Made by a program: the position numbers and the translations under genes. From a virus, in the IMG/VR virus record IMGVR_UViG_3300043395_000420, positions 29,246-93,245 of that record: a stretch of DNA of 64,000 bases, one strand, 5' to 3'. The notes beneath the pieces were generated by a model that had not been told where the DNA came from, ran no database searches, and saw only the letters and a program-made list of their open reading frames with translations. Below are positions 58,028-64,000 of this stretch, one piece after another. How positions within the stretch are numbered: position 1 is the first letter of the stretch; every line of letters begins with the position of its first letter.

Positions 58028-58090
58028 TAAGTTTAAACTTTAGAGATTAACTCTTATAATTTGATAGTTGGTACTATAATACTAAATACA

Positions 58091-60847
58091 TTATTTTTCT
58101 TTATTTTTCTTCTTTTCTTTTGCCGCAATATCGTACTTATTCTTATTTTGGATAGCAATTTGTAACTGTTTATCTGCTATATCTTTTTGAGTTTGTAACT
58201 TTTGTTGTTCTAAACTCATTTTATCTCTATGCTGATTACCTTTAAGATTTAACTCTTGTTGTTGAAGATTTGCGGTTTGTTGAAACTCATCACTTTGTCT
58301 TACTTCACCAAGTACATCCATAAAGTCACTTTGCTGGTTTTGGTTAATGTCTTGCATTGCCCCGTAACCGGCTGCTTTAATTTGTGCCTCAGCAAGTCTT
58401 GCTTGACGGTCTTTAGCATTTTCAGATGCTTCAAACTCCATCTTCATCTTGTTTTCTTCTGCCTTAGCTTGTAATGCCTGATCTTGCATTTGCTGTGCTT
58501 GTTGCATTTCTGCTTGTTTTTGCTGAGTTTGTTTTGCCTCAGCATTTCTTAAGATGTTAGATACTTCCGCAATAGAATCAGCCTTGAGTACATTACCTAG
58601 ATCATAGATAGATGCACCGGTTGTATTATTCTGAATAGCCATTTGTTTTAACTGTTCTAGAATAGCACGTTGATTTGCCTTAGTTGCAACAAAAATATTT
58701 AGATCTCTTAATAAGAGGTCAGTTCCATTTATTTGGAAATTTACACGTTCATCATTACTTGTAATATACTGTAGACGTGTTGAGGGTTTATTAGACTGAT
58801 AATACTGTGCTAGGTCTGTACGCATTTGATGTACTCTAGGCATCAAGTAATCACAGTGTTGTATAAAGTAAGTCTCTGTTTGTGCATAAGACGCATTAAC
58901 AGATTGCTCTACACCGGTTGCGGTTTGCTGTGTGATTTGCATACCCAAACGTTGAGGAGTAATGCCAATAACTTCAAATGCTTGCATCTTAAAATAATTA
59001 GCAAGCTGTATACGTGACATAAGACGGTTAGTCTGTTCTAGATCTAGTTTTTGATAATGCTGAAATGCTAATGCATTTTCTGTATTAGTAATAGAAGTAT
59101 CCAGAGGTAACATCTGAAAGTTCTTCATAGCAACATATGCTTTGGCTAGATTATTCTTTCCCCAATCTTCTCCTAATGAATGTCTTGGTAATGCATTCTG
59201 ATCCAGTAAGATAACTGTACCTAATTCGTCTACTAAGATATCTGCAATCTGGTTATTTACAATATTATATCCAATTTGGAAAGGTTTCATTAAGTCTACA
59301 AGAGATGTAGATTTAGTATTACGGTCTGAGAATATAGAACCTTCTACAGGTAATTTACATCCGTAAATACTATCGTCTCCTTTAAATTGAAACTTAAGAG
59401 GTTTAATATTATTTTGATTAATACCTAAGTATACAGGATTAATACCACCTGGATTATTTGTACCCCAGAAAGTAGGTCTATTAGGGCCAATCTTTACACC
59501 ACCCCATACCTCATTAATCCAGATCCAGTCTATGTGTTCACCAAAGATTAAATTATCCTTGGTTTTATTTTTCATAAGGTCTAAGTTATAGATAGGTTTA
59601 TCTGTAACTTTATATGACTCATCTACTATATCTGTGGTTACAACACCATTATCATCTATTTTACTTAGATGTCCTACTTTACGTTGTGATTTCCAATATG
59701 CTGTAGTTACACGTAACAAGTTACTATTACCTAAATCATAATAGTCTTCTTGTTCAGACATGATCCAGTTTACAATATCACCACCATACATAGTATTATC
59801 CCACATAGAAGTATACTGTCTATAACCTAATGATGGCATATCAGTATTCCATTCATGGGATTTAGTAGCATCATAATAACTACCATCATTTTGATATCCC
59901 TGAATTGGATATCCAGCAGATCTTACAGGATAAATAAGTTCTAAAGATGTCATTTGTTCTTCTGTCATTAACCAACCATATCGGTCAATAACATCTGCAA
60001 CGGTCATCATATCAAACTTACCAACCCATTGAGCCTGAGATATATAACGAGAATTAGGAGACTTATTATAGAAAGTAAGTACGGGGTTCCATAATTCTAC
60101 ATCATAATCATCGTCCATCATACGGAAATGCCAGAACTCTCTATCTGTAATAAGCATATCACGGAATGCTCTTTCTTCAAGTTCGTCCATACGGAACCTT
60201 TCTACGTCTGCTCTATGTTGGTGTTCTGCCCATTGCTCAACCATACTTTTGTATGATTTAGAATAGAACTCTTGTATTTGGGGTAATTGTTTTACGGCAT
60301 CTCCAGAAGTTTGTTGCTGATATTCTTCTGAATTAATATCCATACCCATATCTTGCAATTTTACTGCAAGTTTTGCCTCTGCTTCTTTTAGTAATAACTC
60401 TTCTACTTGAGATCTTTTTGCGTCTAACATCTCATTATAAGAGTATTCATCTGACCCAGTATATGATACCCGGGTACTTCTTTTAGCAAATTCTGATACT
60501 AATGTATTAATTACATTAGGAATAATAGGATAAAACTTTAATTCTAATGCAGAAGAATCTTCTTTTGTTAATACGTCAATAAGATCTCCATACTCATTAT
60601 CTTCTTCAATGACATAGTCCTGCTTATCTATAATACCTTTAGCAAGTTTATAGTTTTTCATTAATCTACGCGCATTTCTACGTACGGTTTTTAAACCTTC
60701 CCACTCTAACCAGTCAAGGTTCCATGCTGCCCATTCTTCATCCTTCTTGGATTTTGGCAAGAACTGAATAGGCTGATTAAGAGTACCCATTCTGTTGTAC
60801 TCTGTTTTAGCTCCATTCTTGAGCTGCATTGCATTATATATCTGCAT
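58091..60847 (-). CDS. Portal protein
   Basis: 918 aa directly after TerL. FYPIIPNVINTLVSE, SLVDLMKPFQIGYNIV and GITPQRLG motifs, with a long Gln-rich C-terminal coiled coil. Confidence 0.88.
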   Translation of the reverse strand: MQIYNAMQLKNGAKTEYNRMGTLNQPIQFLPKSKKDEEWAAWNLDWLEWEGLKTVRRNARRLMKNYKLAKGIIDKQDYVIEEDNEYGDLIDVLTKEDSSALELKFYPIIPNVINTLVSEFAKRSTRVSYTGSDEYSYNEMLDAKRSQVEELLLKEAEAKLAVKLQDMGMDINSEEYQQQTSGDAVKQLPQIQEFYSKSYKSMVEQWAEHQHRADVERFRMDELEERAFRDMLITDREFWHFRMMDDDYDVELWNPVLTFYNKSPNSRYISQAQWVGKFDMMTVADVIDRYGWLMTEEQMTSLELIYPVRSAGYPIQGYQNDGSYYDATKSHEWNTDMPSLGYRQYTSMWDNTMYGGDIVNWIMSEQEDYYDLGNSNLLRVTTAYWKSQRKVGHLSKIDDNGVVTTDIVDESYKVTDKPIYNLDLMKNKTKDNLIFGEHIDWIWINEVWGGVKIGPNRPTFWGTNNPGGINPVYLGINQNNIKPLKFQFKGDDSIYGCKLPVEGSIFSDRNTKSTSLVDLMKPFQIGYNIVNNQIADILVDELGTVILLDQNALPRHSLGEDWGKNNLAKAYVAMKNFQMLPLDTSITNTENALAFQHYQKLDLEQTNRLMSRIQLANYFKMQAFEVIGITPQRLGMQITQQTATGVEQSVNASYAQTETYFIQHCDYLMPRVHQMRTDLAQYYQSNKPSTRLQYITSNDERVNFQINGTDLLLRDLNIFVATKANQRAILEQLKQMAIQNNTTGASIYDLGNVLKADSIAEVSNILRNAEAKQTQQKQAEMQQAQQMQDQALQAKAEENKMKMEFEASENAKDRQARLAEAQIKAAGYGAMQDINQNQQSDFMDVLGEVRQSDEFQQTANLQQQELNLKGNQHRDKMSLEQQKLQTQKDIADKQLQIAIQNKNKYDIAAKEKKKNKEK

Positions 60848-60848
60848 A

Positions 60849-63059
60849 CTATCTTAAATTTCTAAACGGTTGTTTCGGTATCTTCATTCCACTAAAAGGT
60901 TGCCCACTACGTCCTATATGACGGAACGGGCTCATATTTAATTTACTGAAATTATTTCTCTTATCCAAGTTTTTAGGTGTACCAACCTCTTCATATCTCT
61001 TTTTATATCCTCTATTTGCTTGTTGAACTTTAGCAAATGCGACTAATGCTGCAAATGATACAAGTCTATCCACGTTTAATCCTTCCTGATATGCGGCCAT
61101 TTCAACAAGTAACATAGGGTCTGGTATACGTTCTACACCATATATACGTTTTACTATTTCACCATCCGGTTTTATTTCCTGGTCTAGTTCTTCTTTTAAG
61201 AAATCAATAGCATAACTTAGCATATGACTCTTAAACAAAGTACCTGTATTTCTCCAACCATACTCTTGAAACACATTAGCATTAGCACCAATATCTTTTA
61301 AGAATAATATTTGCGATCTAGGAACCAGATACTTCTGTTTTTTTCTATAGAGCATATGGTTAATAAACTGAGAAATATTATTTTCTACTATGGTCCAGGC
61401 ATTGTACCATTCTATAATGAGTTCTAATCTCTCATGTGTTTTATTAATATCATCAAATCTTCCACACCAAGCTGCTACTAGTTTATCTCTTTCTATAAAA
61501 GTTTCTACTTTTTCACCATCATTTCTGGTTACTTCTACTGCAGTTTTATATACATAAATAGAACATAATGATTCTGATGTTGTAGTTTTACCTTCTCCTA
61601 CAGGGTCAACAGACGCATAATACATTCCAAATTCTGGTTCTTTTACAGGTCTTTCCCAACATACCAATGTACCAGTTTTATCTTCCATCTTTTTATCTAC
61701 AGGAAACTGATTAATTGGTAACTTATTTGTATTTTTTACTTCAACTTCTCCCCTTTCATTTCTAAAAATATCTAAAAACTCTGTAGCATATTCTTTATCT
61801 TCAATACGTCTTTGTTGTGCTCCTATTAAGTTTAAAGGAAATACAGATACTTTTCTATAAGCAAATGCTTCCTCAATATTTCTAGGATGCTGAGATATAC
61901 GTAACTGATACTGTTCTGGACTAAGGTCTTTCTTCCATATTTCAAATTGTTCATCTAATGCTTTAAGGGCTTCTTCTACTTTAGAGTTACCAAACTCATC
62001 TATAAAAGGAGGCATAGACCATTGTTCTGGAATAAATAAACCTGATCTACCTAGTGTACCTTTAGAGTCTATAAGATCTGTTTCTACTGCATATATATCA
62101 TTAGGATCAGGTCTTAATGTCATCTCTTTAAGAGGTTCACACTGATCTAAGTCACCGACAGAACCTGCTGCTATGAACATACCTGTAGTAACAAATCCAG
62201 ATCTCATAGCAGGACGGATATACTCAAAGGTAGTATCCATCTTGGGGGCAATACCAGCCTCCTCATGGAAGAAATACTTACATGGTCCACCGACTCCATT
62301 AGTTGGGTCTTTCTCAAAAGACATTCCTTGAAGTACACCTTTAAGACCTACCTCTGTTTTACGTTTCTGAGAACCCTGTACTATCTCAATCTTTTGTTGC
62401 CATAGTAATACTTTTCCAGGATTCATTGGACGATACCATGCAGTATGTTTATTTAAGAATGCTTCATATTCATTTAAGAACTTCCAGGATCCTTTATCAT
62501 TAATATAATCTTTAAGACTAGCCCCTACTTTTAAAGTAATACCTTCTTCAAACCAGATCTGATTAATCATCTTACCCATATGATAATATGATGAAGCTAT
62601 CTGACGTTTCTTAAGTATAGAACAATGTTTATAATTAAGTTCTGCTAAAAGTTCATATAATGCCATATGATACTGTGCATCTCGCACGTCCGCGAAGCCG
62701 AACTTCTGAATCTCCTTATTGAAGATGGGTAGGAAGTTTAACCACATGTAGTAGTCTCTTGGAAGATACCAAGTATTGGTACCATTCTGAAATATTACAC
62801 CATTTCTACATTTCTTCTTTTCATGATCCCAGTATGCTATATAATCCTTGGTACCTTGTGGAGATGTACAGTAAAACCCATTCTGATTAAATAGTCTAGC
62901 TTGTTCATTAAATATAAAACTAGTTTCATCTAGTTCATATTTACCAGGTTCTCTAAATATAGATAGTACAAAGTCTTTATATTCATCTCTTGTTTCAAAA
63001 GATGTTGTAAACCAAGTACCGTTTTTCCAACTAGGTATGTCTATAAAACTAGTACTCAT
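60849..63059 (-). CDS. terL: Terminase large subunit
   Basis: ATPase Walker A-like LKKRQIASSY and Walker B FFHEEAG; RNase H-like nuclease YASVDPV...IVENN...NVDRLVS. Confidence 0.92.
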   Translation of the reverse strand: MSTSFIDIPSWKNGTWFTTSFETRDEYKDFVLSIFREPGKYELDETSFIFNEQARLFNQNGFYCTSPQGTKDYIAYWDHEKKKCRNGVIFQNGTNTWYLPRDYYMWLNFLPIFNKEIQKFGFADVRDAQYHMALYELLAELNYKHCSILKKRQIASSYYHMGKMINQIWFEEGITLKVGASLKDYINDKGSWKFLNEYEAFLNKHTAWYRPMNPGKVLLWQQKIEIVQGSQKRKTEVGLKGVLQGMSFEKDPTNGVGGPCKYFFHEEAGIAPKMDTTFEYIRPAMRSGFVTTGMFIAAGSVGDLDQCEPLKEMTLRPDPNDIYAVETDLIDSKGTLGRSGLFIPEQWSMPPFIDEFGNSKVEEALKALDEQFEIWKKDLSPEQYQLRISQHPRNIEEAFAYRKVSVFPLNLIGAQQRRIEDKEYATEFLDIFRNERGEVEVKNTNKLPINQFPVDKKMEDKTGTLVCWERPVKEPEFGMYYASVDPVGEGKTTTSESLCSIYVYKTAVEVTRNDGEKVETFIERDKLVAAWCGRFDDINKTHERLELIIEWYNAWTIVENNISQFINHMLYRKKQKYLVPRSQILFLKDIGANANVFQEYGWRNTGTLFKSHMLSYAIDFLKEELDQEIKPDGEIVKRIYGVERIPDPMLLVEMAAYQEGLNVDRLVSFAALVAFAKVQQANRGYKKRYEEVGTPKNLDKRNNFSKLNMSPFRHIGRSGQPFSGMKIPKQPFRNLR

Positions 63060-63711
63060 TAAGCAGTCTTAGTATTTCATTCAATGACTCATGTCTATGA
63101 TTATCATGTAGGATAATTTTATTTACCCAATCTGATTTATCTAATTTAGATATGTCATGAATAGCAGAGTCATTTTTAAACTTTAAATCTATCTGATGAG
63201 CATCTCCCGTAAATATCATAGTAGCATTTTTACCCAGACGTCCTACACACATTTGTAACTGTGATTTAGTAAGATTCTGAAACTCATCTACTATACATAC
63301 ACAGTCTTCAAAAGTTCTACCTCTAAAGTGTGTAAGAGATACTAGTTCTAAAGATTCATTTTCTTCTAACTTATTTAGTATCTCTGGTTTATTATACACC
63401 TTACGGATATTAGACTTAATTGGAACTAGCCAAGGTTCCATCTTTTCTTTTTCAGAACCTGGTAAGAAGCCGTTATCTTCTGTAGATACGGTAGGTCTAG
63501 TAATAACAATCTTATTTACTTTGCGTTTAAATAACATATCTAATGCTATTTGTACGGCTAATAAGGTTTTACCAGAACCCGCCTGACCAATAAGAAAATT
63601 AAATGGTCTTTGTAAGATAAGTTCCTTAGCACGTTTTTGCTCTTCTGAAAGAGTTAGTGAAAACTTGATATCACCTTTAGGGGGATCCTTCTCAATGTTT
63701 TGCTTTGCCAT
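63049..63711 (-). CDS. phoH: PhoH-family ATPase
   Basis: GQAGSGKT, ITRP, GFLPG, RGRTF, IVDEFQN, GDAHQID and NHRH: full PhoH motif set. Confidence 0.95.
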   Translation of the reverse strand: MAKQNIEKDPPKGDIKFSLTLSEEQKRAKELILQRPFNFLIGQAGSGKTLLAVQIALDMLFKRKVNKIVITRPTVSTEDNGFLPGSEKEKMEPWLVPIKSNIRKVYNKPEILNKLEENESLELVSLTHFRGRTFEDCVCIVDEFQNLTKSQLQMCVGRLGKNATMIFTGDAHQIDLKFKNDSAIHDISKLDKSDWVNKIILHDNHRHESLNEILRLLNEY

Positions 63712-63868
63712 CTTCTATCTTTTTTATCAAAGATACAACATCTTTATGAGATGTAGGTAAAGATGCATCATTCATAAATTCAGCAACCTTATCTCTAGGT
63801 ATTGCTAACCATTCTTTTCTATACTCAGCATAGTATAAAAAGAACTCTGATAAATTACATTTGGTCAT
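63692..63868 (-). CDS. Hypothetical protein (58 aa)
   Basis: Likely start MTKCNLSEFF at ATG 63868 (the track start at 63886 is GTG inside the upstream gene). Contains W.AIPRD. Confidence 0.55.
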   Translation of the reverse strand: MTKCNLSEFFLYYAEYRKEWLAIPRDKVAEFMNDASLPTSHKDVVSLIKKIEDGKAKH

Positions 63869-64000
63869 ATGCGAGTCCTTGTCCACCTCTAACGTGGCTT
63901 GTTTGTTCTTCTTGTAAATCTTTGTATGCTCCTTTATAACTCTCTCTAATTTGTTGGAACTTGGACGCAGCCGAGACCAACGCAGTAATATTTCCGTCTC
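63855..64000 (-). CDS. Conserved phage protein upstream of PhoH/terminase (partial, C-terminus only)
   Basis: Manual translation ...DGNITALVSAASKFQQIRESYKGAYKDLQEEQTSHVRGGQGLAYDQM*, open to the window edge. Helical; position would fit a small terminase subunit, but this is unproven. Confidence 0.65.
   Translation of the reverse strand, partial: DGNITALVSAASKFQQIRESYKGAYKDLQEEQTSHVRGGQGLAYDQM

Larger units (their letters stand above)
1..64000 (-). mobile_element. crAss-like (Crassvirales-type) bacteriophage genome segment: head, tail and virion RNAP/cargo modules
   Basis: Co-oriented TerL-portal-scaffold-MCP block, IHF-like gene before tail ring/muzzle genes, then giant cargo genes including a DFDID RNAP: the typical crAss-like gene order. 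No host housekeeping genes or integrase seen. Confidence 0.92.

Noticed and set aside
672-59017. Numerous plus-strand ORFs of 60-130 aa in the ORF track
   Set aside because: All lie antisense within long, motif-bearing minus-strand genes, have no recognisable motifs and often use non-ATG starts; they are shadow ORFs.
60849-63059. Intein or intron in terminase (common in crAss-like phages)
   Set aside because: The ORF is continuous and of ordinary length, with no intein splice-junction or LAGLIDADG motifs seen.
1-64000. Stop-codon reassignment (TAG to Gln or TGA to Trp), known in some Crassvirales
   Set aside because: Genes up to 13 kb are uninterrupted in the standard code, and TAG (54001, 60849) and TGA (42721, 52922) serve as normal gene ends.
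1-64000. tRNA, rRNA or CRISPR arrays
   Set aside because: Intergenic gaps are at most ~130 nt; no cloverleaf with a T-loop motif or regularly spaced identical repeats were seen by eye. tRNAscan-SE would confirm.

Overview
This 64 kb window is the virion/late-gene half of a crAss-like (Crassvirales-type) podophage genome, most likely infecting Bacteroidota. It is AT-rich, uses the standard genetic code, and all real genes lie on the minus strand. In transcription order (right to left) it carries PhoH, terminase large subunit, portal, an acidic scaffold-like protein, major capsid protein and a conserved head protein. Next come a cluster of about 9 tiny Lys-rich proteins with an endonuclease VII-type nuclease and a mini-zincin, a ring/adaptor protein, a ferritin-like protein, very Cys-rich surface/fibre proteins, an IHF/HU-like protein, tail ring and muzzle proteins, and finally giant ejected 'cargo' proteins, including a 4419-aa virion RNA polymerase (DFDID motif). 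Four unexplained signals stand out. (1) A 3'-UTR hairpin has a loop (UUUGUUGGUUUA) exactly complementary to an AAACCAACA element just before three start codons, suggesting a trans-acting phage RNA regulator. (2) The giant cargo proteins are almost Cys-free except for single terminal cysteines arranged tail-to-head. (3) A recurrent xxGG peptide motif delimits modules in both the tiny basic proteins and a 2162-aa polyvalent effector protein with ART-like, zincin and DUF6973-like domains. (4) An apparently intact SF1B helicase is fused inside the virion RNAP. Family names are recalled from motif knowledge; no database search was run.
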